Of a stretch of DNA of 64,000 nucleotides, positions 39,425 through 50,600 are shown piece after piece; position 1 is the first letter of the stretch; every line of letters starts with the position of its first letter. The position numbers were made by a program, and so were the translations under genes. The DNA comes from Brevundimonas sp. GTDB lineage: Bacteria > Pseudomonadota > Alphaproteobacteria > Caulobacterales > Caulobacteraceae. Under the pieces are notes generated by a model, which saw only the letters and a program-made list of their open reading frames with translations, searched no databases and was not told where the DNA came from. Location: contig NZ_DAMBRE010000008.1 in NCBI RefSeq assembly GCF_032055285.1, positions 19,697 to 83,696 on the forward strand. Direction: 5' to 3'.

Positions 39425-40441
39425 ATGCTATTTCGCCCTATGGCCGAGGAACCTTTGCTGACGGAAGACGACGACGCGGAAATGCTCGAGGCGCGGATCG
39501 ACGCGCCCGGCGTCCGTCTGGACAAGGCCCTGGCCGCCGCCTTCCCCGCCCTGTCGCGCGCCCGGCTGCAGGCCCTGCTGGCCGAAGGCGCCGTCTCCCG
39601 CGACGGCCAGCCGGTCACCAGCGGCTCGGCCAAGGCCCAGGCGGGCCTCTACGCCGTCGTCCTGCCGCCCGTCGCCCCGGCCACGCCCCTGCCCGAGGCC
39701 ATCCCCCTGACCGTCCTTTACGAGGACGCCGACCTGATCGTCATCGACAAGGCCCCCGGCATGGCCGCCCACCCGGCGCCGGGCTGCGAGACCGGCACCC
39801 TGGTCAACGCCCTGCTGGCCCACTGCGGCGACAGCCTGTCGGGCATCGGCGGCGTCGCCCGCCCCGGCATCGTCCACCGTCTGGACAAGGACACCTCCGG
39901 CGTCATGGTCGCCGCCAAGACCGACCGCGCCCACCAGGGCCTGTCCGCCCTGTTCGCGACCCACGACATCGAGCGCACCTATATCGCCCTCACACGCGGC
40001 GCGCCTACGCCCGAGAAGGGCCGCATCCAGACCCTGATCGGCCGCTCGCCCCATGACCGCAAGAAGATGGCCGTGCTCAAGGGCGGCGGGCGCGAGGCCA
40101 TCACCGACTATGTGGTGCAGAAGACCTTCGGCCAGCCCGCCAAGGCGTCGGGCGCCCCCATGGCCGCCCGCGTCGCCTGCACCCTGCACACCGGCCGCAC
40201 CCACCAGATCCGCGTCCACATGGCGTCCAAGGGCTCGCCCCTGCTCGGCGACCCCGTCTATGGCTCGGGCAGCCCCGCCGCCCCGGTCCGCGCCGCCGTC
40301 GCCGAGACCGGCCTGACCCGTCAGGCCCTCCACGCCGCCGTCCTCGGCTTCGTCCACCCGGTGACCGGTCAGGCCCTGCGCTTCGAAACCGCTCCGCCCG
40401 AAGACATGCAGCGGCTGGAGGCCCTCCTGGCCGAGCTTTAG
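39425..40441 (+). CDS. rluD: RluA-family 23S rRNA pseudouridine synthase (RluD-like)
   Basis: S4-like N-domain; HRLDKDTSGVMV catalytic motif; TGRTHQIRVH. Confidence 0.85.
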   Translation: MLFRPMAEEPLLTEDDDAEMLEARIDAPGVRLDKALAAAFPALSRARLQALLAEGAVSRDGQPVTSGSAKAQAGLYAVVLPPVAPATPLPEAIPLTVLYEDADLIVIDKAPGMAAHPAPGCETGTLVNALLAHCGDSLSGIGGVARPGIVHRLDKDTSGVMVAAKTDRAHQGLSALFATHDIERTYIALTRGAPTPEKGRIQTLIGRSPHDRKKMAVLKGGGREAITDYVVQKTFGQPAKASGAPMAARVACTLHTGRTHQIRVHMASKGSPLLGDPVYGSGSPAAPVRAAVAETGLTRQALHAAVLGFVHPVTGQALRFETAPPEDMQRLEALLAEL

Positions 40442-40443
40442 CC

Positions 40444-42024
40444 TCAGGCCACCCGCGTCAGGCGCACCGCCATCCACTTGCGCCCCGGCAGGGCCAGCGT
40501 CGGGCGCGCCGGATCGTGGAAGAAGTATTTGGTGTCCTTTTGCGCCAGGGTGAAGACCCCCGGCACGGGCTCGACCGTCATGTTCCAGGTGTCGATGACG
40601 TCGGCCCGGAAGCGTTCGCCGCCGGTGATCTCGTCGCGCGGCACGTCCACTGCCCATTCGGTCGGGGCGTCGTCGCCGAAGTAGCGCAGGTAGTACTGCC
40701 CCGGCACGCCGCCCAGATGCTGCTCCCACCACTTGTCGATCGGCTCGATCCCCGGATTCGGCCCCGCCTCCATGATCGACTTCAGGAAGGCCAGCCTCGG
40801 CGCGCTCTCGCCGCGCAGTTCGCCGCCCTCGCCCAGCCAGAACTCGCCGCCGTCGATCGGGAAACACTCCGAATGGCCGACATAGGTTCCCGCGATCAGT
40901 CCGTGCCAGAAGGCCCGCACCATCTGCGGCCCTGTCAGATTGCCCCACCGTTCGCTCAGCGAGCCCTCGTAGCAGACCTCGTCGAAGATCACCGCCTTCC
41001 GCCAGACGCTGCGATAGGTCTCGGCCCGCGCGTCATCCAGCACGGCGGACCCGTTCTGGATGCTGGAATGGGTCACCCAGGGCTTGCCGTTGTCGTACAG
41101 CCGCCGCCAGTTGTGGATCGACCGCAGCCGCCCATAGGGATCGCTGGCCTGCACCACCTGGAACAGACGATCCCAGTCCGCATCCGTCTTGGTCTTCAGG
41201 ATGTCGAACTCATTGGCCATCGACCACCAGACGTTCCGATAGGCCGCCAGCCGCGCCACGACATAGCGCAGGTAACGATCATCCGCCTCCGCCGGCATCT
41301 CGTCGAATCCGTACCGGCCGTCATAGGGATGGAACAGGATGACGTCCGCCTCGATCCCCAGCGTACCCAGCGCTGCGACGCAGGCCTCCAGCCGCTGGAA
41401 ATAGGCCGGGTTGAACCGCGTCAGATCCCAATCCTTGTCGCCGGGCCCGGTCTTCTCGAAGGGGAACAGGGCCTCGTTGGTCTTCACCGAGGCGTTGGGG
41501 AAGACCAGCATCCGCATCTTGTTGAACGGCGCGACCTTCAGCGTCTCCAGCGTCTGGGCCCGCTTGGCCGCCGGCTGGTGCGTCCAGCCATAGGCCGTGG
41601 TGCCGATCTGGCGGTAGGGCGTGCCGTCGGCATGGGCGAAGTGATGGGTGTCGACCACCCCGACCGGCCCGTGGTTGCCGGCGCCGGGGGCCACGACCTC
41701 GAACCGCCCCTGCATTCCATTCAGAGCCGCCAGCGGACTTTCGCTGGTCCAGCGCCACAGGCCGGTCTCGGGCGGCGAGAAGCGGATGCGCCAGACGCCG
41801 TCGCCGTCATAAAAGCCCGGCGCGCGCACCGTCGTCCGCCCGTCCGTGAAGACCCCGACCACCTCGACGGCGAAGGGGTTGCCCGGCGTCGTCGCCTGCA
41901 TGGCGACCTCGAACAGGCCCCAGCGTTCCACCCGGCCTGCCGAGGTTTGGGCCTTGGCCGTCCCCGCCAGCGCCACAGCCACCGCGCTGACGATCGCACC
42001 CCGGCGCGTCATGTCCTGCGTCAT
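40444..42024 (-). CDS. Tat-exported DUF5060/DUF4038 glycoside-hydrolase-like protein
   Basis: Twin-arginine signal MTQDMTRRGAIVSAVAVALAGTAKA, a DUF5060-like N-domain (FYDGDGVWRIRFSP...GLWRW) and a TIM-barrel-like core. GGAGG lies upstream of ATG 42024. Confidence 0.7.
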   Translation of the reverse strand: MTQDMTRRGAIVSAVAVALAGTAKAQTSAGRVERWGLFEVAMQATTPGNPFAVEVVGVFTDGRTTVRAPGFYDGDGVWRIRFSPPETGLWRWTSESPLAALNGMQGRFEVVAPGAGNHGPVGVVDTHHFAHADGTPYRQIGTTAYGWTHQPAAKRAQTLETLKVAPFNKMRMLVFPNASVKTNEALFPFEKTGPGDKDWDLTRFNPAYFQRLEACVAALGTLGIEADVILFHPYDGRYGFDEMPAEADDRYLRYVVARLAAYRNVWWSMANEFDILKTKTDADWDRLFQVVQASDPYGRLRSIHNWRRLYDNGKPWVTHSSIQNGSAVLDDARAETYRSVWRKAVIFDEVCYEGSLSERWGNLTGPQMVRAFWHGLIAGTYVGHSECFPIDGGEFWLGEGGELRGESAPRLAFLKSIMEAGPNPGIEPIDKWWEQHLGGVPGQYYLRYFGDDAPTEWAVDVPRDEITGGERFRADVIDTWNMTVEPVPGVFTLAQKDTKYFFHDPARPTLALPGRKWMAVRLTRVA

Positions 42025-42111
42025 TAACCCCTCCCCAGAAGCAATTGTTACCGGTGTCATACGAAAGCCGGGCGCGAACTGGCAAGCGCGTCAGCCTGCC
42101 GCGCCCCGACG

Positions 42112-42141
42112 CTTGATCAGCAACAGCAAGTGTTCTATATA
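42112..42141 (+). promoter_or_regulatory. Sigma-32-like promoter upstream of rpoH
   Basis: CTTGAT (42112-42117), a 16-nt spacer, then TCTATAT (42134-42140). Compare the alphaproteobacterial RpoH consensus CTTGAA...CYTATNT. Confidence 0.4.
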
Positions 42142-42318
42142 GAGCGCGCCGGAACGGGTGGCTTGGGAGCCACAGTCACGCCTTCGTGTGACGATCCGCC
42201 CCTACACAAGGCGGCAACCCATACCCATCTGGATCGGTTGAGGGGTGAGGCGATGGCGCACGCATGTGGTCATGGCCGCGACGCCTGCTCTTGCTTTTGG
42301 TCGGAGGGACCACGTCTC

Positions 42319-43203
42319 ATGGCTAACTCGACGCTCGCGGTAATGTCGCCTGAACAGGGACTGTCGCGCTATCTCACGGAAATCCGTAAGTTTCCGATGC
42401 TCACCAAGGACGAGGAGTTCATGCTCGCCAAACGCTGGAGCGAGCATCAGGACCCCGAAGCGGCCCACCGCCTCGTCACCTCTCACCTTCGTCTCGTGGC
42501 CAAGATCGCCATGGGTTATCGCGGCTACGGCCTGCCGATCGGCGAAGTGATCTCAGAGGGCAACGTTGGCCTGATGCAGGCCGTCAAGAAATTCGATCCC
42601 GACAAGGGCTTCCGTCTGGCCACCTACGCCATGTGGTGGATCCGCGCCTCGATCCAGGAATATATCCTGCGCTCCTGGTCGCTCGTGAAGATGGGCACGA
42701 CCGCCGCGCAGAAGAAGCTCTTCTTCAACCTGCGCAAGGCCAAGAGCCAGATCTCGGCCTTCGAGGAAGGCGACCTGCATCCCGAGCACCTCGCCGCCAT
42801 CGCCACCAAGCTGGGCGTGACCGAGGAAGAGGTCACCAACATGAACCGTCGCCTCGGCGGCGACGCCTCGCTGAACGCGCCCCTTCGCGCCGACGGCGAA
42901 AGCGAGTGGCAGGACTGGCTGGCCGACGACGATGCGGTGTCCCAGGAAACGGCCCTGGCCGACTCCGAGGAAAAGTCGATCCGCATGAGCCTGCTCGAAG
43001 AAGCCATGCAGGAACTGACCGACCGCGAGAAGCACATCCTCACGGAACGCCGCCTCAAGGACGATCCGGTCACGCTGGAAGAACTGGCCAGCCAATACGG
43101 CGTCTCGCGCGAGCGCGTGCGTCAGATCGAGGTCCGCGCCTTCGAGAAACTGCAAAAGGCCATGCGCGCCGCCGCCGAAGAACGGAACCTGGTCGACGCT
43201 TAA
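42319..43203 (+). CDS. rpoH: RNA polymerase sigma-32 factor
   Basis: RpoH box AAQKKLFFNLRKAK with sigma-70 regions 2-4. ATG 42319 has GGAGGG 9 nt upstream and lies inside the 42130 ORF. Confidence 0.93.
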   Translation: MANSTLAVMSPEQGLSRYLTEIRKFPMLTKDEEFMLAKRWSEHQDPEAAHRLVTSHLRLVAKIAMGYRGYGLPIGEVISEGNVGLMQAVKKFDPDKGFRLATYAMWWIRASIQEYILRSWSLVKMGTTAAQKKLFFNLRKAKSQISAFEEGDLHPEHLAAIATKLGVTEEEVTNMNRRLGGDASLNAPLRADGESEWQDWLADDDAVSQETALADSEEKSIRMSLLEEAMQELTDREKHILTERRLKDDPVTLEELASQYGVSRERVRQIEVRAFEKLQKAMRAAAEERNLVDA

Positions 43204-43207
43204 GACC

Positions 43208-43230
43208 CCTTCTCCCCTTGTGGGAGAAGG
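43208..43230. terminator. Hairpin between convergent rpoH and response-regulator genes (family-D-type stem)
   Basis: CCTTCTCCC-CTTGT-GGGAGAAGG uses the same stem sequence as the DUF559-cassette ends. There is no clear U-run. Confidence 0.4.
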
Positions 43231-43235
43231 AAGTC

Positions 43236-44018
43236 CTAGCCCGCCCGAGACAGGCTCTCGGGCGAGGCCAGGGCCAGCACGGCCCCCACCGGCCCGGCCA
43301 GGGTCGCCTTGGTCGGCACGCCCGCCGCCAGGTTCGTCTCCAGCCCCGCGGCCGCAATGGCCAGCGAGGCGTCGCCCGTCTTGATCGCCAGGGCCTTCAA
43401 GGTCTCGGCCTGCTGCTTGATGGCGCGCACCGCCTGCATGGGATCGCTGTCGAACTGCGCCATGGCCGAAGCCAGAATTCGCATCGCCTGATCCTTGACC
43501 GCCACCACGGCTTCGGCAGCCGACGCCGGCTTGTCAGCCTTGCGCTTGCCCGGCCCGGCGTAATCATCGGAGTTGAAGCGACGGCGATCCGGCCCGATAT
43601 AGCCCACCGCCTCGACCCAGTCGCGCGGCTTGGTGGCCAGGTTCTCGACCCGGCGGAACAGGTCGCCGCTGGTGAAGGGCTTCCTCAGGAATTCGTGCAC
43701 GCCGGAATCCCGCGCGCCCTTGATGCTGCTGGCGGTGGCCTCGGCGGTGACCATGATGATCGGCACGCGGCGGCAGGACAGGCTGGAGCGCCGGATACGT
43801 CGCGCCAGAGCCTCGCCGTCCAGCTTCGGCCCGGTCCGCTCGGTCAGGATCAGACCCGGCTCCATCTCGCGCGCCAGATCAATCACCCGCGCCTCGTCGC
43901 CCTCGACCGCGACGTCGCGCGAGCCGAACCCCTTGAGCAGGTCTGACAACAGGCGCGCGGCGGCGGGATTGGGATCGACGATCAGCACCCGGCGCACGAC
44001 CGGCGCGATCCTCTGCAT
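43236..44018 (-). CDS. Response regulator with atypical (Asp-to-Glu) receiver and helical C-terminal domain
   Basis: CheY-like fold motifs VLIVDPNP, LILTERTGPKLDG, IIMVTAEA and LRKPF. Start is ATG 44018 or TTG 44042. Confidence 0.75.
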   Translation of the reverse strand: MQRIAPVVRRVLIVDPNPAAARLLSDLLKGFGSRDVAVEGDEARVIDLAREMEPGLILTERTGPKLDGEALARRIRRSSLSCRRVPIIMVTAEATASSIKGARDSGVHEFLRKPFTSGDLFRRVENLATKPRDWVEAVGYIGPDRRRFNSDDYAGPGKRKADKPASAAEAVVAVKDQAMRILASAMAQFDSDPMQAVRAIKQQAETLKALAIKTGDASLAIAAAGLETNLAAGVPTKATLAGPVGAVLALASPESLSRAG

Positions 44019-44127
44019 CGTCTTGGCGTCTAAAGCGAACAAGGCTCGGCTCCATCTGGAACCGGGAAGGTAAACTCAGGGGGTTAAGGCGCGGTTTCCC
44101 TAATCGGGACGCCGCGCCTCATCAACC

Positions 44128-45423
44128 TCAGCCCTGGAACGGATCGCGCATCAAAATGGTGTCGTCGCGCTCGGGGCTGGTCGACAGCAGGGCCACCGGC
44201 GCGCCGATCAACTCCTCGATCCGGCGCACATATTTCAGCGCATGAGCGTTCAGGTCCTTGAAGGTGCGCACCCCCGCGGTGCTCTCGTTCCAGCCTTCCA
44301 ACTCCTCGAACACCGGCTCCGCCGAGGCCTGATCCTTCAGGCTGGACGGCAGGTAGTCCAGCACCTCGCCGTTGATGCGATAGCCGACGCAGATCTTCAG
44401 CGTCTTCAGCCCGTCCAGCACGTCCAGCTTTGTCAGGGCGATGCCGTCGATGCCGTTGATCGCCACCGACTGGCGCACCAGCACGGCGTCGAACCAGCCG
44501 CAGCGACGCGCCCGCCCTGTATTGACGCCGACCTCGCGGCCCACGACCGCCAGATGCTTGCCGACCTCGTCGTTCAGCTCACAGGCGAACGGGCCTTCGC
44601 CGACGCGGGTCGTATAAGCCTTCACGATGCCCAGGACATAGCCGACGCCGCGCGGCCCAATGCCCGACCCCGCCGCCGCCTGACCGGCCACGGTGTTGGA
44701 GCTGGTCACATAGGGATAGGTGCCGTGGTCCACGTCCAGGAAGGCGCCTTGCGCGCCCTCGAACAGCACGCGCTTGCCGTCCTTCTGCGCCTGGTCCAGC
44801 ACCCGCCAGGCGGGCTTCACATAGGGCAGAATCTTCGGCGCGATCTCCAGCAGTTGCGCCAGCAGGGCCGCCGGGTCGATCGGCTCCAGCCCCAGACCGG
44901 CCCGCAGCGGATCGTGGTGCGAGCGCAGGCGCTCGATCTTGATCTTCAGGTCGTCTTCGTTGGCCAGGTCGCAGACGCGGATGGCGCGACGGCCGACCTT
45001 GTCCTCATAGGCCGGGCCGATGCCGCGGCCGGTCGTGCCGATCTTGGCGCCCGGCGCGCTGGCGGCGGCCTCGCGCGCCACGTCCAGGGCCGGGTGGATC
45101 GGCAGAATCAGGCAGGCGTTGTCGGCGATGGTCAGGATGTCGGGGGTGATGGCCACGCCCTGGGCGATGATCTTCTCGATCTCGCCGACCAGGTGCCAGG
45201 GGTCCACGACCACGCCGTTGCCGATGATCGAGGGCTTGCCCTGCACCACGCCCGACGGCAGCAGCGCCAGCTTGTAGACCTTGCCGTCGACGACCAGGGT
45301 ATGGCCCGCGTTGTGGCCGCCCTGGAAGCGCACCACCATGTCGGCGCGATTGGACAGCCAGTCCACAATCTTGCCCTTGCCCTCGTCGCCCCATTGGGCG
45401 CCGACCACTGCGACGTTAGCCAA
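44128..45423 (-). CDS. purA: Adenylosuccinate synthetase
   Basis: [21 protein letters not shown]..., 431 aa; TTG start. Confidence 0.95.
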   Translation of the reverse strand: MANVAVVGAQWGDEGKGKIVDWLSNRADMVVRFQGGHNAGHTLVVDGKVYKLALLPSGVVQGKPSIIGNGVVVDPWHLVGEIEKIIAQGVAITPDILTIADNACLILPIHPALDVAREAAASAPGAKIGTTGRGIGPAYEDKVGRRAIRVCDLANEDDLKIKIERLRSHHDPLRAGLGLEPIDPAALLAQLLEIAPKILPYVKPAWRVLDQAQKDGKRVLFEGAQGAFLDVDHGTYPYVTSSNTVAGQAAAGSGIGPRGVGYVLGIVKAYTTRVGEGPFACELNDEVGKHLAVVGREVGVNTGRARRCGWFDAVLVRQSVAINGIDGIALTKLDVLDGLKTLKICVGYRINGEVLDYLPSSLKDQASAEPVFEELEGWNESTAGVRTFKDLNAHALKYVRRIEELIGAPVALLSTSPERDDTILMRDPFQG

Positions 45424-45501
45424 GACCGTTTCTCCGCAATCCAGAATGCGGTGGGAGCCTATAACTCCTGAATCGTCCGGAGTCGCCCCGAACGCGTAGA
45501 A

Positions 45502-46662
45502 TTATCCAGCCAGTTCTCTGACCGCCGTCTGGAAGGCCCACTCCAGCCACGGCGTCGCCGCGGCCACGTCCGCCGTTTCGACCGTGCAGCCGCACCACAG
45601 GCGCAGGCCCGGCGGCGCATAGCGATGCGGCTCCATGTCGTAGACCGCCCCCTCGTCTTCCAGCAGAGCCTTGAACCGCTTCACGAAGGCCTTCTGTCCC
45701 GCCTCGTCCATCGCCGCGATGCGCGGATCGACGAACTTCAGACAGACCGAGGTGGTCGAGCGGATTTCGGGCCGATCGGGCAGGAAGGCGATCCAGTCCG
45801 TCCGCTCCACCCATTCAGCCAGGGCCGCGTAATTGCGCTCCGTGCGCCGAACCAGCTCAGGCAAGCCGCCCGCGCCCTTCGCCCACTCCAGGGCGTCGAT
45901 CCAGTCCTCGATGGTCAGGATCGAATAGGTGTTGATCACCACCCCGTCCGCCAGCGTCCGGTCAAAGCCCTTCTTGTCCGTCAGACGCAGCACCTTGGGA
46001 ATCGACCGCGCGGGCCGATAGCTGTCCAGCCGCGCCACGGCGCGCGGCGACAGCACCATGACGCCGATGCCCGCCTCGCCGCCCAGGGCCTTCTGGAAGC
46101 TGAAGGTGGTCACATCCAGCTTGCCCCACGGCAGGTCCATGGCGAACGCCGCCGAGGTCGCGTCGCAGATGGTCAGGCCCTCGCGGTCGTCGGAAATCCA
46201 GTCGACGTTATCCACCCGTACGCCCGAGGTCGTGCCGTTCCACGGAAACACCACGTCCTTCTTGGGATCGACCTGGGTCATGTCCGGCAGTTCGCCCCAG
46301 GGCGCCGTCAGCACCTCCGGCTCCAGCTTCAGGTGGTCCCGCACGTCCGTCGCCCAGACCTGGCCGAAGTTCTCATAGGCCACGACCTGCACCGGCCGCT
46401 CGCCCAGCATCCCCCACAACGCCGCCTCGACCGCGCCCGTGTCCGACCCCGGCGTATAGAGCAGCACATAGTCCTCGGGCGGCGCCAACACCTCGCGCGT
46501 CAGCTTCAGGCCATAGGCGAACCGCTCCACCACCTCCGGCGCGCGGATGCCGCGTCCCAGCAGGTCAGTCGGCAGCCCCGCCAGCGACCACCCCGGACGC
46601 TTGGCCGTCGGACCGGCGGAGAACCACGGGCGAGCAGGCTTGGCGTCAGGCTTGGCAGTCAT
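45502..46662 (-). CDS. serC: Phosphoserine aminotransferase (long alphaproteobacterial type)
   Basis: 386 aa class-V aminotransferase with the SFQKALGGE pyridoxal-Lys motif. Confidence 0.88.
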   Translation of the reverse strand: MTAKPDAKPARPWFSAGPTAKRPGWSLAGLPTDLLGRGIRAPEVVERFAYGLKLTREVLAPPEDYVLLYTPGSDTGAVEAALWGMLGERPVQVVAYENFGQVWATDVRDHLKLEPEVLTAPWGELPDMTQVDPKKDVVFPWNGTTSGVRVDNVDWISDDREGLTICDATSAAFAMDLPWGKLDVTTFSFQKALGGEAGIGVMVLSPRAVARLDSYRPARSIPKVLRLTDKKGFDRTLADGVVINTYSILTIEDWIDALEWAKGAGGLPELVRRTERNYAALAEWVERTDWIAFLPDRPEIRSTTSVCLKFVDPRIAAMDEAGQKAFVKRFKALLEDEGAVYDMEPHRYAPPGLRLWCGCTVETADVAAATPWLEWAFQTAVRELAG

Positions 46663-46699
46663 TAGCGTCTTTCCTCGGGGAGAAGGATAAAGGGTCGGC

Positions 46700-47614
46700 T
46701 CAGCGTCCGGGCTTGTAGGGGCGCTTGTCGCGCCATTCGGTCGCGAACCGGATCAACTCGTCGTCCGGCGTTTCCGGCAGGGTCACCGCCAGCCTGGCCA
46801 GCAGGTCGCCGCGCTTGCCGCCGGCATAGGCGCCGCGTCCCTTGAGCCGCAGCACCTTGCCGCTGTTCGAGCCCTTGGGAATGGTCATCATCACCGCGCC
46901 CTCGGGCGTCGGCACCTGGATCTTGCCGCCCAGCACCGCGTCGGGAACCGACACAGGCAGATCCATCGTCAGGTCCGCCCCGTCGCGCTTGAACACCGGG
47001 TGCGGCTGGATCTTCAGCTCGATCAGGGCGTCGCCCGCCTGACCGCCGCGTCCCGGCGCGCCCTGCCCCTTCAGCCGGATTACCTGACCGTCGGACGCCC
47101 CCTTCGGAATGTTCACGTCCAGCATGCGCCCGTCCGAGAACTGGATGCGGCGCGTCGTCCCGGCGATGGTGTCTTCCAGACTGACGTCCAGCGTCGCCCG
47201 CACGTCCTGGCCCTTGCCGCCAAAGCCGCCGCCGAAACCGCTCTTGGCGCGCCCGCCGCCGCCAAAGGCGCCGAACAATTCTTCCAGGTCGATGTCCTCG
47301 AACCCGCCGCGGCCGCCCGATCCGCCGAACCCGCCAAAGCCGCCCGAGCGCCCGCCGCCGCCCGGGGGCGCGCGGAACTGCTCGCGCCCGTCGGCGTCAA
47401 TCTCTCCGCGATCAAACTTGGCCCGTTTCTCGGCGTCGCCCAACAGGTCGAATGCCGCCGTGATGCGCTTGAACCGCTCCTCAGAGACCTTGTCGCCCGG
47501 GTTCTTGTCCGGGTGCAGTTCCTTGGCCAGCTTGCGGAACGCCTTCTTGATCTCGTCCGCGCTCGCGCCTCTGGCAACGCCCAGTTCCTTATAGGGATCG
47601 CCAGCCACGTTCAC
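46700..47614 (-). CDS. J-domain protein, CbpA-like (no zinc finger)
   Basis: DPYKELGVARGASADEIKKAFRKLAKELHPDKNPGD, a Gly-rich linker and a DnaJ C-terminal domain; GTG start. Confidence 0.85.
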   Translation of the reverse strand: MNVAGDPYKELGVARGASADEIKKAFRKLAKELHPDKNPGDKVSEERFKRITAAFDLLGDAEKRAKFDRGEIDADGREQFRAPPGGGGRSGGFGGFGGSGGRGGFEDIDLEELFGAFGGGGRAKSGFGGGFGGKGQDVRATLDVSLEDTIAGTTRRIQFSDGRMLDVNIPKGASDGQVIRLKGQGAPGRGGQAGDALIELKIQPHPVFKRDGADLTMDLPVSVPDAVLGGKIQVPTPEGAVMMTIPKGSNSGKVLRLKGRGAYAGGKRGDLLARLAVTLPETPDDELIRFATEWRDKRPYKPGR

Positions 47615-47688
47615 TTCACTCCGAGATCAGAAAAGACCAGAGCGTCAGTTAAGCCATGCGCCCCCCCGCTGGAAGGGGCAGACGTGGT

Positions 47689-50600
47689 TTAGACCAACCG
47701 CGCGACCGCCTCCGCCCCCCAGCCATAGCCCTCCCCCCACTGCGCCACCGCGATCCGCGCGTTTTCGCCGCTGCCGCCCGGCCAGTCCGCCGCCATCAGC
47801 GCCGCCGCGTAGACCGTCTCCAGCCCCACGACCTCCCAGACCCGCTTCTCGACTTCGCCATCCAGCACCCGCACCCGGAAGCGACGCGGATCGACCTCGG
47901 CGGGCTCCATGTCCCAGCGGTCGCCGCCGATCAGCTCCGCCTGGCGATACTGCACCACCTCCCAGCCCGCCGCCGTCTCGACCGCCAGGGCGTTGCCGCC
48001 GCCCAGAACCGCTGACGCCGACAGGCTCTGCGGCGCCGCGCCTTCGATGCGCACGACAATGGCATTCGCCTCGTCCCAGCGCCCCAGCACGCCCCGCGTC
48101 AGCGGCTCGATCAGCACCCCGACCGTCGCCGACTGCGCTGCCGACGCGCGCGGCGTCAGCGTCGTCGCATCCTGTCCGCCATGCAGCGTCATCGGTCGCC
48201 ACGGCTCGGCGGCGATCACGGCCACGGGCCGTCCGTCCTCCTCCGCGCCGGGCAGCAAGGGCAGGTCCAGCAGCCGCAAGAAGGGCGCGCCCACCACCGT
48301 CGGCGGCTCGCCCGGCCGCCAGTCGGGCGTCGCCTCGCCGGGTCCGATCCGCACCACCGGCTCCAGCGTCGCCGTCGGCTGCTCGTCCCAGTCCAGCCTG
48401 GTCGCGCGCCATTCTCCGGCCCGCCCCTCGACCTCCACCGTATCCCCCGGCTCCAGCCCCAGGGCCTGCAGCGGCCCCAGACGCGCCATCAGCCGCTCGC
48501 TCGCCTCACCCGCCGCCAGCGCCCGACGCGCCACGCTCGTCGCCAGTTCGGCGTCGCACACCACCGGCAGATCGGCGTCCAGCCCGCCGCCGTAGCCGCC
48601 CTGTTCGGCGCGCGCCACGACCGCCCCGGTCTGATAATCCGCCGTCTCGTCGATGAAGCGCACCCGCGCCATATTCGGGCTCGGCTCCAGCGACCGCTCC
48701 GCCGCCAGGCTCGTCCCCTCGTCCGGCAGGGCCAGAGCCGCCGCTGTCAGCGTCAGCACCGCCGCCTCGTCGCTCGACACCGCCACCCGCCCGTCGCGTT
48801 CCGCCGCCGTCGCGCCAAAAGCCGCCAGCAGCGGCTCCAGCGCGTCGCGCGTCCGCATCGGCCGGTCGATCACATAGCCCGTCGCCTCGCCCTCCAGAGC
48901 CCCGATGCTGAACTCATCTTCCTCCAGTCCCCCGCGCCTCAGCACGGCGGCGATCAGATCGACCGCCTCGCCGCTCATCCGCCCGTTCAGCCAATGACCG
49001 GTGCGCCAGGCCCCCGCGTCGGCCCAGACCGCCTTCAACGCCGGAAACGCCGGAAAGGGGCGCGCGTCCCAGCACCAGACATCCGCCCCCGCCAGCATCG
49101 ACCCGCCATAGACCGGCGAGACCGGATTGTTCTTCGGGTCCGCATAATGCTTCAGCACCGCCTCCAGCGCCCGCCGCTGCATCCGGTCGTCGCGCGCCCC
49201 CGTCGAAAAGGGCGGCAGGGCGCTTTCCGAACTCTTAGGGTCCAGGAACAGGTTGGGCGCATTGCCGCCCCGGTCCACCGCCGCACAGCCGAACTCGGTC
49301 AACCGGATCGGCTTCATCATGGGGACCCAGGCCGTCGGCGTCGCGCTGCGCACACCCGCAATCCGATCGTGGTGCGGGTTCGACCACCACCCCTTCAGGT
49401 CCTTGGGCCGGAAGACCCAGTCCTCGCCGTGCGCCGTATCGAGGATAGGCGTCCTTGCCTGCGCCGCCCGGTCGCCCTCGTCGGCGTAATACCAGTCAAA
49501 CCCCTCGCCGCCCGCCACCTGTGCGGCCAGATAGGCGGGCGAGGACGGGCCGCGGAACCCGGCCTCGGCGTCCAGCCCCCCGCCGCCGTCGCGCCAGTCC
49601 CCCGCCCGCCAGTCGCCCAGCGGCGGATACCAGTCGATGCCGACGTAATCGATATTCGGATCGGCCCACAAAGGGTCCAGATGAAACCGCACCTCGCTGT
49701 CGACTTGGCGCCCGAAATACTCGGACCAATCCGCGGCGTAGCTCAGCTTCACGTCCGGCCCGACCACCGCCCGGCATTCCGCCGCCAGCGCCCGGAACTG
49801 CGTCACCGCCGGGAAACCGCCGTCCGCATCGCGCGTCCAGGTCAGACCCCGCATCTCCGAGCCGATCAATAGGCCGTCCGCGCCTTCCTCCGCCGCGATC
49901 CCGGCATAATGCAGCGCCAGTCGCCTCAGACCCCAACCGTCCGCCGCGCCGAACAGGGCCGTGACCTCCTCCGCCGCGCCCGCGCCGTCGTTTCCCGTCA
50001 CCCGTCCGCGCCACGGATAGCCGGGGCAATCCATGAAGACGAAGGGATAGAGGGTCACCTCCAGTCCCCGATCCTTCAGCGCCCGGATCGCCTGACGCAC
50101 GCTCTCATCCGACGGCGTGCCGCCGTAGGCCGGCCCCACGCCGCCCTTGCCGTCATCGACTTCCGAAATCAGATGCGCCCCGGCCCGTTCCACGCCTGCC
50201 ACCTTCCACGTCTGCGGCTCTGTCGCCTTGGTGCGGTTCTCCACCCCCGGTCGAACGCGACAGTCGCCGGCCCGCAGATCGTCGCCGAACCAGCCGACCA
50301 CCAGGCTGACCCGCTTCAGCTTCGGCGCCTGGACCATCAGTTGGTCCAGCGACACCAGCAGGTCCGCCCGGCCCTCGGCGTGGTGCACGTTCTCCGCCCT
50401 GGTCTTCGCCAGCCCCTCTCGGCGCATCACCGCCTCGGTCGCCAGACAGAACTCCCCCGCCCCAGGGATCAGGCACACCCCCTCCAGCAGGTCCTCCAGC
50501 CTTCCTTCGCCGGGGACGCGGCGGAACACCTCAAAGGCCAACTGCGGCGCGCGATTGCCGAACGGCCCCAGCGGCAGGTCCTCGAACACCGCATAGGCCG

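Noticed and set aside
43236-43560. Hpt (histidine phosphotransfer) domain at the C-terminus of the atypical response regulator.
   Set aside because: The helical segment contains no histidine at all, so it cannot be a canonical Hpt.
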